IMG/VR virus record: IMGVR_UViG_3300027533_000015
Span: 1-64,000 of that record
Direction: 5' to 3' (one strand)
Length of the DNA: 64,000 nt
DNA from: a virus
Taxonomy: Duplodnaviria; Caudoviricetes
Shown: positions 54,266 through 64,000 of the stretch, piece by piece
Position numbering within the stretch: the stretch's first letter is position 1
Layout of the letters: each line of letters begins with the position of its first letter
The notes under the pieces: model-generated
Told to the model about the DNA's origin: nothing
What the model saw: only the letters and a program-made list of their open reading frames with translations
Databases searched by the model: none
Program-made: the position numbers and the translations under genes

Positions 54266-57200
54266 ATGCCTACAAGAGAACCTGATTATAAAGTTATCCC
54301 ACAGGATATATCTGATGGTATTCATACTGATAATGATCCATTGAATCAACCAAGGGGGACTTCAAGATATACCTTCTGTGGAGTGGATGAATCTATTACA
54401 GGTAAGCAAGGCAGCATCTCCAATGAAAGGTCTAATTATCTTGTAGGCAATATCACCAGTGGCTACAAGCCAATAGGAGACAGGTATATAGAAGATGATC
54501 TGAGTGTTATCCTCTCAGTCAATCCTGTTACTGGCTATGATGAGATTGGTATTATCACCAAAGACCACAGGTACACTACCTTAGTCTCCACCCAAGTCAT
54601 AGGCTTTGATATCAGGCATCAATGTGAAATTGAATACAGGTTAAGAAGAGGCAGGGAGAGGGTCATCTACTGGGTGGATGCTCATAATGTAGCCAAGACC
54701 TATAATCTTGACAGGCCACATAACTTTTATACTGTAGCCTATCAGGAATATTTAAAGGCAGGAGGTAATCCTGCTACTTATCCACTGGATAAATATGATG
54801 GTTCTTCCTTTGATCTTATTAAAGTTCCTGACTCCATTCCTTCTTTTAGCAATGTGGAAATCTCTGAGACAGGTGCTATACTTCCCGGCTCTTATAACTT
54901 TGCTATCCAGCTTGTTGATGAAGACCTTAATCCCACAGAGTGGATAACCACTTCCAATATTGTCAGGATATTTAATGATCAGCTCACCTCTCCATTCCAT
55001 ACTATAAGAGGTAGCAGGAATACGAATACCAGTTCCCAGACATTCCCAAGAGCTAACAAATCCATTAAGCTGACCATTACTAATCTGGATAACTCTTATC
55101 CTTACTATAGAGTAGCTATTATCAGGGCTGCTGGCAATACAGGCAAGCCTGAAAAAGTCCTGATCTCTGACATCTATCCTACCAGTGACAGTCACTTTAC
55201 TTATTCAGGTAATGATTCTGCATTAGCTGAAGGCACTCTTGAGGATATTCTTATAGACAATGAAGTGATCTTTGCTCCACAACACATCACACAGCTTGAG
55301 AACAGGGTACAGTTATATAATACCAAAGGTTCAGAATATAACTGGTGTGACTTTCAGAAGTTTGCTTCCAAGATTGGAGCTAATCTCACCACTAAACAGG
55401 TGATATTAAACAATGTATTATCTGAACCTAATGTGAAGAATGCCAAGTCTACATTCATGTTTGGTGGTTATATGCCCGGAGAAGTATATTCATTTAGTGT
55501 TCACTATGTTTTTCCGGGAAATCTGGTCTCTCCTGGTTTTCATATTCCGGGAAAAGGCCCTGATAACCTCACTTCTCTTATGCAGGTTCATGAATTGAAT
55601 ACCTTTTATATTGACACTCATAATTGTAGCACATCTAACTATTGGGGTCTTGATGCAGATGGAAATACTTTAGTTAGCAAGAAGGTAAGACATCATAGAT
55701 TTCCCTTCAGGAAAGATGTAAGTAAGCCACTGTTTACCAAGACAAGTGGAGTCACTAATATTAACAGGTATAGAGTGAAGGTTAAGATTAGTCTTAATCC
55801 AGCATGGACTCCGGGGCCAGTTGAGTTCCCTGAAGAAGGTGGACAGCCAGCAGTGATATCTTATTTATTTAATTATCAGGTCACTGGTTATCCAAATGTT
55901 GATACACTTAGTGGAAACTTAGTTGACACTGATATGAATACTGAGATTATTATCTATGATGATCTTAATCCCCTTGATCTCATTGATCCACCAGAATATG
56001 CCCAGCTTGATCCCACTTGTGAATTAGCTGTTGAGTATCAGGATGTGGGTAATGAAAGGTTTCTACTGGATTTTACTTATGAAACCTATGTGGCTTCAAG
56101 CTCCATTGACAGTGATATATCTGAAATCTTTGGTATTGAATTCTTTAATATTGAGAAGCCTCACCCTGACTGCATTGGTATTTACATTATGCGTAATGAG
56201 AGAACTGAAGATGACAGGATCATTATTGATAATGCCATCTTTGGGCCAATGACCAAGTATGAACAGTACAAGTCCTTTGGACTCATAATGCCTAAACAAT
56301 ACTATAATGTGGATAACTGTGGCAGGGTAGTGAATCCTACCAAGACCATAACTTACTGTGATAAGGAGATGTGGTTCTGGAATCCTGAGTTCCAGTTCCT
56401 GAATAAGAAAAGTGAATTTAACTTCATTGAGTTTGAAGGTATTTATGACCAGCTCTCTGTCAACATGCCAACCATATCCAACTTTACTGGCAGTAGTTGT
56501 AATGGTGGCCCACTTACAGGTGATAGCAATGATTTTGAATATGGCAGTAAGGGAGTTTATGTAGAGGATGTACAGGCTGGAACAAGCTATAATCCTGAAG
56601 TACATAAGGGAAAAGACAAGACTGATGATGGATTTGATTTGGTGATTGGTTACAGGAATACCAATGTTGGATATACACCAGTAGATGAAATAATGGAGGA
56701 TAAGGACAGGGTGATATACCTGAGTGCAACCTCTTATCAGAATGTCAATGATAACACTTACTATAATGTATCAACAGATAACAAGATAGGAATGTATATC
56801 ATGACTGATACATTTGATCCTGTGATATTCTATGATCCTGCTACTACAAAGAACAAGTTAAGGTATGGCTCAATGATCAGGAATAATAATACCTCTTACA
56901 GTAACTTTATGACAAGGCCATACTACAAAGAGCATAATAACCCAATTCCATTCAGAACTAATACAGTGTTAAACGGCATTAAGATATTCAATGGTGATGC
57001 CAGTATAGGAGCTTTTAATTTTAATAGTAGTATCTTTTATGATATGGTAGTGGCTGACCATGCCAAGAAGTCAAGAGTATGGAAGATTGTGGTAGGAGCT
57101 GTTCTCATAATAGCTGCTGTTGCTACTGCAATTCTTGTACCTGGCCCCGGTGTAGGTGCTTCTACAGTTCTGGTTACAACAGCCTTAACTACTCTTGCTA

Positions 57201-59104
57201 TCTCTTATGGAGTGTCTTTAGCCATGTCAGGTATTAAGTTTGAGCAGATGAAATCCATGATTGATGTGGACTATGAGAAAGGACTTAAAGAAACAGTAGT
57301 AGACGGTGGAGTATATGAGACTGTCAGGGATACTATTCAAACACATGATGATACTATAAGATGGTTTGCTGACAGGGTATCAAACCTGTACATTGAATCA
57401 GCCATTCCCATAGGTGTAAGGAGTGGACTGACCTGTGGAGTTCCTGACTTCATGGATGCTCCTGTGGCTTATGATGAACCCGGATTCAGGACTTACCTCA
57501 TTGAAAAACTAACTACCATAGATAGAGATCAGGGGTCTGGTAGAATGTATAAAGGGTATGCAACTGCGGAGTTTTATGATATTAACCTTGACTACATGAG
57601 GTTCAATAAGGAGAAGCTCTTTATACATCTCCCCCTTGAATATGATTGCTGCTCTGATAATATTGAAGTATTCCCTATGCGAGTCTGGTATTCTCAACAA
57701 TCCTTTCAGGAAGAGAGGGTGGATAACTACAGGGTCTTCCTCCCCAACAACTACAGGGACATTGAAGGGGAACATGGTGAGATCACTGAAGCATACAGGT
57801 TGGGTAACAATCTCTTCATTCACACCAAGGAAGCCCTGTGGCATCTGCCTCAAAACAATCAGGAGAGAGTGACAGGGGAGATCATCTCCTTTGTAGGCAC
57901 TGGTGAATTCTTTAGTGTGCCTCCAAGAAAAGTAGTGGATGATGATAATGGTTCAGGTGGTACTCAGCATAAGTGGGGAACAGTGAAGACTAAGTATGGA
58001 GTCTTCTTTGTAGATGAGATTGAGAATAAGATTTACCTGCACAGTGATAAACTCAATGATCTTACCAAGGGTAATAAGAACTGGTTTAAGAATAACCTGA
58101 AGTCCTTCCTCTCTCACCAGCTATATATCAAACTGGGAGTTGACTTTGGCAATAGGAATAATCCTGCTAACAGGGATGGCACTGGATATCTTTCAGCCTT
58201 TGATTCAAGGTATGAAAGAATACTGCTGACCAAGAAGGATTACCTTGTTGTCCCAGACAAACTGGCTACCCTGGTTTTGCTTGAAGCCATACCCTCCACC
58301 AATGTATTCGCCTATAACTCCAGCAATGGACTATTCTATCAGGGCAGTACTGTTATTCACTTGGATAATCAGGACTACTTTGAGAACAGATCATGGACAA
58401 TGAGTTATTCATTCCACAGGAATAAATGGAGAGGCTGGCATCCTTACCTGCCTAACTACTATGTGCATGGCAAGAGTAACCTGTATTCCTTTATTTTTTC
58501 ATCTGATGGCATCTGGAAGCATAACAGGGATAATCACTTCCAGACCTTCTATACTTATTACTTTCCCTTTATTGTTGAGTATGTCAATAATAATAATCCC
58601 TTAAGCACTTCCATTACTGAAGACCTTACTCTTCAGACAAGAGCTTACACATGGGATGCAGCAAAGAATGAGTTCATTGAACAGGACTACATTACCTTCA
58701 ATAAGATACTGGCATGGAATGGAAGGCAGAGTTCAGGAGAGCAGGTCATGATTGTAAAAGATACACAACCCAATAATCAGAACTGGCTACAGCAACAGAT
58801 CATTAATAATCCGGGAACTGTTCTCATTACTAAAAAAGAGAAGAACTGGAACATTAATGACCTGAGAGACTATGTGATAGACTATGATAAACCACTGTTT
58901 GATTCCTCATGGAATGCCATTAAAAGTACCTATCCCATTGACAAAGTAGTAAACCCTGCCTCTATCAGTCTGGCAAAACCTTGGCAGGACTTACAAAACT
59001 TTAGGGACAAATATGTTGTAATCAGATTAAAATTTGATAGCTTCGATTATGTTAATTTGATTATGAATTATTCACTTGAAACTGAACAAGATTCATCCAG
59101 ATAA
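54266..59104 (+). CDS. Tail stabilisation/muzzle protein
   Basis: 1612 aa after the ring gene; D..P..QP.GT, GEVY.F, R..YS, GG.Q..W, WT.SY, KE..W; internal hydrophobic hairpin. Confidence 0.75.
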   Translation: MPTREPDYKVIPQDISDGIHTDNDPLNQPRGTSRYTFCGVDESITGKQGSISNERSNYLVGNITSGYKPIGDRYIEDDLSVILSVNPVTGYDEIGIITKDHRYTTLVSTQVIGFDIRHQCEIEYRLRRGRERVIYWVDAHNVAKTYNLDRPHNFYTVAYQEYLKAGGNPATYPLDKYDGSSFDLIKVPDSIPSFSNVEISETGAILPGSYNFAIQLVDEDLNPTEWITTSNIVRIFNDQLTSPFHTIRGSRNTNTSSQTFPRANKSIKLTITNLDNSYPYYRVAIIRAAGNTGKPEKVLISDIYPTSDSHFTYSGNDSALAEGTLEDILIDNEVIFAPQHITQLENRVQLYNTKGSEYNWCDFQKFASKIGANLTTKQVILNNVLSEPNVKNAKSTFMFGGYMPGEVYSFSVHYVFPGNLVSPGFHIPGKGPDNLTSLMQVHELNTFYIDTHNCSTSNYWGLDADGNTLVSKKVRHHRFPFRKDVSKPLFTKTSGVTNINRYRVKVKISLNPAWTPGPVEFPEEGGQPAVISYLFNYQVTGYPNVDTLSGNLVDTDMNTEIIIYDDLNPLDLIDPPEYAQLDPTCELAVEYQDVGNERFLLDFTYETYVASSSIDSDISEIFGIEFFNIEKPHPDCIGIYIMRNERTEDDRIIIDNAIFGPMTKYEQYKSFGLIMPKQYYNVDNCGRVVNPTKTITYCDKEMWFWNPEFQFLNKKSEFNFIEFEGIYDQLSVNMPTISNFTGSSCNGGPLTGDSNDFEYGSKGVYVEDVQAGTSYNPEVHKGKDKTDDGFDLVIGYRNTNVGYTPVDEIMEDKDRVIYLSATSYQNVNDNTYYNVSTDNKIGMYIMTDTFDPVIFYDPATTKNKLRYGSMIRNNNTSYSNFMTRPYYKEHNNPIPFRTNTVLNGIKIFNGDASIGAFNFNSSIFYDMVVADHAKKSRVWKIVVGAVLIIAAVATAILVPGPGVGASTVLVTTALTTLAISYGVSLAMSGIKFEQMKSMIDVDYEKGLKETVVDGGVYETVRDTIQTHDDTIRWFADRVSNLYIESAIPIGVRSGLTCGVPDFMDAPVAYDEPGFRTYLIEKLTTIDRDQGSGRMYKGYATAEFYDINLDYMRFNKEKLFIHLPLEYDCCSDNIEVFPMRVWYSQQSFQEERVDNYRVFLPNNYRDIEGEHGEITEAYRLGNNLFIHTKEALWHLPQNNQERVTGEIISFVGTGEFFSVPPRKVVDDDNGSGGTQHKWGTVKTKYGVFFVDEIENKIYLHSDKLNDLTKGNKNWFKNNLKSFLSHQLYIKLGVDFGNRNNPANRDGTGYLSAFDSRYERILLTKKDYLVVPDKLATLVLLEAIPSTNVFAYNSSNGLFYQGSTVIHLDNQDYFENRSWTMSYSFHRNKWRGWHPYLPNYYVHGKSNLYSFIFSSDGIWKHNRDNHFQTFYTYYFPFIVEYVNNNNPLSTSITEDLTLQTRAYTWDAAKNEFIEQDYITFNKILAWNGRQSSGEQVMIVKDTQPNNQNWLQQQIINNPGTVLITKKEKNWNINDLRDYVIDYDKPLFDSSWNAIKSTYPIDKVVNPASISLAKPWQDLQNFRDKYVVIRLKFDSFDYVNLIMNYSLETEQDSSR

Positions 59105-59125
59105 TTAACTTAACTACATCCCCAC

Positions 59126-61621
59126 ATGAAAAAGTCAACCAATAAATTAAGGAGAAGAGCATATCCTTTTGGTGGTCAGGTAGGATTAGCCTTGGCTCAA
59201 CAAGCTCCCAATGTACTGGATACACTCATTGGTGCATTAGAGGGTGGTGGAAATAACAAGTACTCCAAAGAGCCTTTGGTCAATGCAGCAGCTATGAGAG
59301 GTATGGTAAGCCCTTATGCTTATGGTGGTGAGGCAGATGGAGAGGAAATGGCACCAGAACAATTAGCTGAGCTTCAGGCTATGGCAGAGGAGAATGGTGT
59401 CACTGTTGAGGAAATGATGCAGATGTTGCAGGAGCAACAGGATGCTGCTATGAGTGAAGAGCAGGCAGCAACTAATCCTTATGGTGAAGATATGTCCCTT
59501 GATGAGATGCAGGAGGAGGAGATGATGCAGGAAGAAGAAGGAATGACTGATGAAGGAATAACTGAAGAAGAAGCTGCTATGCAACAGGCAGCTCTGGAAC
59601 AGGCACAGGGAGAACAGGAGGAAGAGACAGGTGGGATATTCAAATATGGTGGTATCCACATCAAGAAAGCCAACAGGGGTAAGTTTACTGCTTCTGCTAA
59701 GAAAGCTGGCATGGGTGTGCAAGCCTATGCAAAGAAAGTATTAGCCAGCCCCAATGCTTCAGCTACTCAGAAGAAGAGAGCCAACTTTGCAAGGAATGCA
59801 GCCAAGTGGAAACATGCCTATGGTGGATATGCTGGCCCTGATGATCCAGTTATTGATCCACGTTTTGCTATGATGAATAAACCAGTAGTGGATAGTTTCA
59901 AAGAGTATTTTCCCATGCCAGTGGGAGCATCTCCTGCTACAACAAGAAGGTTAGCCAGAACAACACTTGCTCCTGTTTCAGATACAGTAAGAGCACTAAA
60001 TGAGTACAGGGCATTAGAAGGGAAATCCCCTCTGCCTGCTGATTACAAATCTGGAGAAGTAGAGACATTTACTCCTGAAGGAAAAGAGATGCTTGATGAG
60101 ATATACAGGATTAAGCAGGAAAACTTTAAAAACCTTCCTATAGATCAGCAAATGAGAAGACAGTATAATCGTAAGTTTAATGAGAAGTATATGGCCTATG
60201 GTGGCAGAGCTGATGCTGCTATTGAAGTAGAAGGTAAGGAAGCAATTGAAACTCCTGATGGAAGAGTAGGCAAGGTCAGAGGCCCATCTCATGGTGATGG
60301 TGGTGTTGACCTTGATGTGCCATCAGGTACAAAGATATTCTCTGACAGGATAAAGATTGATGGTAAGACAATGGCTCAGAGAAAACTGTCAAGGGAAAGG
60401 CAAATGACCAAGCTGGATAAATTAGCCAAGGCTAATCCCTTTGATAAGTTACTGCAAGGAACTATTCAGAGAACTGCTGAAGTAACAGAGATGGAAGATC
60501 AGAAGGACATGGCTATCCAGAAGATAGCTTCTGCAAACATGGCTGCTCCTGAACCTGAAGAAGTAGTGGCAGAGGATATGGGACAGGGCTTTGCTTATGG
60601 GGGAAGAGTAAGACCACGATATCAGTTTGGTAATGTTGTTGACCCAAGGTTTGCTTATGATACAAGTACTCTTCCTATAAGAGGTGCTGCTGGAATCAAT
60701 CCTATGATGTTTCCAAGAGATGCTATGTCTGGTTCTCCAACATTCTCTCCTGTTCCTAATACTCCTGTCAGTACTGACTATGCAGGCTATATGAATAATT
60801 GGCTCAGGGATACTGCAACTCCAACTCCAACAAGATTGGATAAGCTGGCATTACGTCAAAGAGGTGTTACAAGAATGCCAGCAGCAGCACCAAAGGATTT
60901 TAGCTTTGATACTTCAAGGGCAGTGAAAGGTATTCCAAGAAGAACTGGAATGGAGATGGTATATACACCTCCTGCTGAAGAACCTTCAAGACCCGGAGAC
61001 TTAACTCTTGGAGATTATGTAGGCATGGGCAGCAGTGCCTTTGGTGCTATATCAGGGGTGATGAACACCAGAGCCAATGCAAGAGGTAACAGGCCAAATG
61101 TAAACAGGTGGCAGGGCTTTGGAAGAGAAGCTATTGAGGATAATATGAAGGCGCAGGATATAGCTTCAGGGTTAAGGACATCAGCCTTAACAGATATTGA
61201 TACTTCATCACAGGCTGCAAGGAACAGGATAAGGAACTCTGCACAGTCTGTTAATACTGTCAGGGCTATGGATACCATCACAGAGGCAGGAGCTAATAAG
61301 GCAAGAGGAACTGCCACTGATGCTTTCACCAGACAGATGATGGGCCTTCTTGGGCAAAAATCCCAGTTGGAGAATATTCAGGATACAAGGGTGATGATGG
61401 GTGAAGATAAAAGAGACTTGGAGGATAAGGGTGACAGGGATAACTACTATTCCAACATGGCAAGGAACCTTGCTGATATCAGCACCACTGGACAGGCAAT
61501 GGGAAGGAATCTTAATATCTCAAGGAGTAATATGGTTGATGCAGAACTACTGGGTCAGCAGTCTGAATTCTTTGAATATGATAACAGAGGCAGGCTGATC
61601 AATAAGAGAAAAAGAACATAA
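59126..61621 (+). CDS. Virion cargo (ejection) protein
   Basis: IHIKKANRGKFT...RANFARNA.KWKH and EVEG.E....G..H..GG motifs of crAss-type cargo proteins; follows the muzzle gene. Confidence 0.7.
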   Translation: MKKSTNKLRRRAYPFGGQVGLALAQQAPNVLDTLIGALEGGGNNKYSKEPLVNAAAMRGMVSPYAYGGEADGEEMAPEQLAELQAMAEENGVTVEEMMQMLQEQQDAAMSEEQAATNPYGEDMSLDEMQEEEMMQEEEGMTDEGITEEEAAMQQAALEQAQGEQEEETGGIFKYGGIHIKKANRGKFTASAKKAGMGVQAYAKKVLASPNASATQKKRANFARNAAKWKHAYGGYAGPDDPVIDPRFAMMNKPVVDSFKEYFPMPVGASPATTRRLARTTLAPVSDTVRALNEYRALEGKSPLPADYKSGEVETFTPEGKEMLDEIYRIKQENFKNLPIDQQMRRQYNRKFNEKYMAYGGRADAAIEVEGKEAIETPDGRVGKVRGPSHGDGGVDLDVPSGTKIFSDRIKIDGKTMAQRKLSRERQMTKLDKLAKANPFDKLLQGTIQRTAEVTEMEDQKDMAIQKIASANMAAPEPEEVVAEDMGQGFAYGGRVRPRYQFGNVVDPRFAYDTSTLPIRGAAGINPMMFPRDAMSGSPTFSPVPNTPVSTDYAGYMNNWLRDTATPTPTRLDKLALRQRGVTRMPAAAPKDFSFDTSRAVKGIPRRTGMEMVYTPPAEEPSRPGDLTLGDYVGMGSSAFGAISGVMNTRANARGNRPNVNRWQGFGREAIEDNMKAQDIASGLRTSALTDIDTSSQAARNRIRNSAQSVNTVRAMDTITEAGANKARGTATDAFTRQMMGLLGQKSQLENIQDTRVMMGEDKRDLEDKGDRDNYYSNMARNLADISTTGQAMGRNLNISRSNMVDAELLGQQSEFFEYDNRGRLINKRKRT

Positions 61622-61637
61622 ATCCCTTTAATATATT

Positions 61638-64000
61638 ATGGCTAGATTTTACAAAACAGCTAGTGCAACTCCTCTGGATTATATGTACAAGCTGAATGTC
61701 CCTCTCATGGAGAGAACTATCAAGGCCAATGATGCATTTGTCAATCAGAATCTTGCTGCCAGTGCTCAGCTTGAAACATTAGGTACTACTTTCCCTTATG
61801 GTATAGATGATGAGCAGAGGGCCAAAGAAATAGCTGCTGGATATTCAGGTAAAGCTAATGCTATTGTTGATGCTATAAGAGCTGATCCTGTTAATTGGAG
61901 AAAGCAAAGAGACCCTATCAGGGGATTATCCAGAGAGCTTCAGGCTGACTTCAAGACAGGTGAAATATCCAAGATAGGACAAACACAGGCTGAATTCAAA
62001 AAGGCTTTTGATGCTATAGATGAAATGGGAAAAGAGTATGCCAAGTCAGGTAAGGGTCTTGCTGCCAATGAAGTAATGGCCTTCAAGTCTGACATGCTTA
62101 AGAAGTACAGGGCAGCAGCAGCAGCAAGAGGTAAGGTAGGTACTGGTTATGATCCCACTACAGGAGAGTACACCAGTACTGCTGGTAGTCTGTACACTCC
62201 TATGGCTAACATTGATATACGCAAAGCTATAGGTGATGAAATGGCAAAGATCAAAGCTGATGCCAATAAGTACAGAAAGGACTTAGTAACAGGACAGGAA
62301 TGGTACTTTGATGAGCAGCAAAGATCATGGAAAGGTGTCACTCCTGAAAGATTATTGACCATAGCTGCTGCAAGATTACAAGACCCGCAATACCAAAGTT
62401 ACCTGAGACAAAGACAGGATGTAGGTCTTATGCAAAACGTATTTGATGAGGAGGGTAAGTTTATTGCTCCTTATAGTTATGGAGATGTGAAGGTATCAGC
62501 AAAGGAACAGCAGAATATAGAGGCCATGAAAGCTGCAATGGCTAAAGAGAAAAGACCTGCTCAGAAAGCAGCACTTAAGGCTCAACTGGAACAATATGAA
62601 TCTGACCTGAAGGAAAGATCACAGGTGAACTGGAGTGATAAGAGTTCTCTTACCCCAATGATACAAGGTCTCATTGCACAACATGCATGGAAAGAGACTG
62701 ATGACTTTGATAAGCTGAGGGCTAATCCTGCTGGTGCTGCTAAGATGAATGAAGCTGGAAGGAATAGAAGACAAGGTTTGCAGATAGCCAGTAATGAAAG
62801 GATTGCTGCTGGAAGAGAAGGAGGATTGGCAGCAAGACATGCAGATAAGATGAAACTGGATTGGGCAACCCATGTGAGATTAGGTGGTGTTATGCCAGAT
62901 ACACCACTGGAGGATTCAAGTACAACAAGAATAGCAACTAATTCCTTTAGAGGAATTAAGACTACAGATAAGAATACAGGAGGGGAGGTGGATAAGTTTT
63001 CTGTGGCTGGCATGTCCTCAGATATTGATAAGCACAAGAAGGAGATTACTGATATGAGTAATGCACTTAAGACCATTGACTATCAACAAAAAAGCCTGTT
63101 GGGTAACAGGAGGAAAGCAGACCTTCTTCCAGCAGAGCTTGCTACTTACAATACCTTGGAAGTACAGAAACAACAGCTTCAAAGAGAAATACCCAAAGTG
63201 CAGGGCCAGCTTGATACAGAGAGAGGATATTATAAAGATGTTGATGAGAAGGTACTGGCTAATGATCCTCTTTCAATGACACAGGGTGATAAGCCTCTTA
63301 CTCCAAGACAGATAGAGATATATAATGAGTTCAAGGGTAATACAAAGCTTCAGGAATTTGCCCTGACTCTTAAATCAGAGGGTGCTTTTAGTGGTGCTTC
63401 CAGTTATCCCGGTGCTTATATGAATCCAGCAGGACAGTCAACTGCTGAAAGATTAATGACAGGTTCTCCGGAGATGTTAGCTAATAAAGAAAAATATTCT
63501 GAAATTCTGCAGGTAATAAATGAGGTGAATAAAAGAAGGGATAATGTATTCAACACTATAAAGAGCCAGACTATAAGCAGCAATGCTGTCAATCTTGGCA
63601 GAGAAGATAGCAGGATTATAGGTTCAGCTATTTTTAATAATCCACAGGGAATATCAATCACTGATAACAGGGGATTACCAACTGATATAGATGAGATGGA
63701 AGGTAAAGGAGTTTCCTGGTTCAAAGGAAAGAAGGATAATTATAACATGACATTAAAGGAAGGTGGAGGTACTAATCTTATTAAATACCTGAATGATCAT
63801 CCAGATGTTACTTACACTGCAAGAGCAGTGGGTACTACCACTGGTATTGGTAAGGGTGGTGCAGTGGTAGAAATGACATTCAATGATCCTAATGGAGAGA
63901 TTCCCAAGAGTCCTTTCTATTTTGAGCTTAGTCCTGAAGTACAACAAACTGTCAGTAACAGGCTGGTGCATAATAAAGACCTTAATGTTCAGCAGATAGG
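61638..64000 (+). CDS. Large cargo protein, partial (runs off the right edge)
   Basis: Not in the ORF track; ATG 61638 reads MARFYKTASATPLDYMYKLNVP...; N-terminal part translated by hand, continuity to the window end inferred. Confidence 0.7.
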   Translation, partial: MARFYKTASATPLDYMYKLNVPLMERTIKANDAFVNQNLAASAQLETLGTTFPYGIDDEQRAKEIAAGYSGKANAIVDAIRADPVNWRKQRDPIRGLSRELQADFKTGEISKIGQTQAEFKKAFDAIDEMGKEYAKSGKGLAANEVMAFKSDMLKKYRAAAAARGKVGTGYDPTTGEYTSTAGSLYTPMANIDIRKAIGDEMAKIKADANKYRKDLVTGQEWYFDEQQRSWKGVTPERLLTIAAARLQDPQYQSYLRQRQDVGLMQNVFDEEGKFIAPYSYGDVKVSAKEQQNIEAMKAAMAKEKRPAQKAALKAQLEQYESDLKERSQVNWSDKSSLTPMIQGLIAQHAWKETDDFDKLRANPAGAAKMNEAGRNRRQGLQIASNERIAAGREGGLAARHADKMKLDWATHVRLGGVMPDTPLEDSSTTRIATNSFRGIKTTDKNTGGEVDKFSVAGMSSDIDKHKKEITDMSNALKTIDYQQKSLLGNRRKADLLPAELATYNTLEVQKQQLQREIPKVQGQLDTERGYYKDVDEKVLANDPLSMTQGDKPLTPRQIEIYNEFKGNTKLQEFALTLKSEGAFSGASSYPGAYMNPAGQSTAERLMTGSPEMLANKEKYSEILQVINEVNKRRDNVFNTIKSQTISSNAVNLGREDSRIIGSAIFNNPQGISITDNRGLPTDIDEMEGKGVSWFKGKKDNYNMTLKEGGGTNLIKYLNDHPDVTYTARAVGTTTGIGKGGAVVEMTFNDPNGEIPKSPFYFELSPEVQQTVSNRLVHNKDLNVQQI

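Noticed and set aside
1904-63971. Numerous 60-180 aa ORFs antisense to or out of frame with the main genes
   Set aside because: Shadow ORFs of long coding sequences with no recognisable motifs.
1-64000. Stop-codon reassignment, as in some crAss-like phages
   Set aside because: Long genes (PolA, TerL, portal, muzzle) are intact in the standard code, TAG and TGA both end genes, and no suppressor tRNA is visible.

Overview
This window is most of a crAss-like (Crassvirales-type) phage genome with a probable Bacteroidota host. The host inference rests on TTTG..TAnnTTT(G/A) promoters and A-rich, SD-less start regions; the long ORFs are intact in the standard genetic code. The minus-strand arm (1-23.1 kb) holds a replication module (UDG, primase, SSB-like protein, AAA ATPase, DnaB-like, SF2 and SF1B helicases, family A DNA polymerase) and an accessory/early region of small genes. 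The plus-strand arm (23.6-64 kb) holds a tail-accessory cassette, tRNA-Cys, TerL, portal, scaffold, major capsid protein, ring/tail/muzzle proteins and the cargo genes. The standout unexplained signal is four ~55-60 nt tRNA-like elements between consecutive early genes (21.3-22.7 kb). They have no anticodon arm but keep covarying acceptor, D-like and T stems and a 3' NCTA, making them a candidate tRNA-mimic punctuation or decoy system. Other oddities are extreme CpG depletion that spares CCGG, a ubiquitin-like domain ending in an internal GG, an AAA ATPase with Walker B before Walker A, a five-copy polar G5 motif, and a tail-domain motif split across a 3.2 kb cassette. All calls come from reading motifs by eye; no searches were run.
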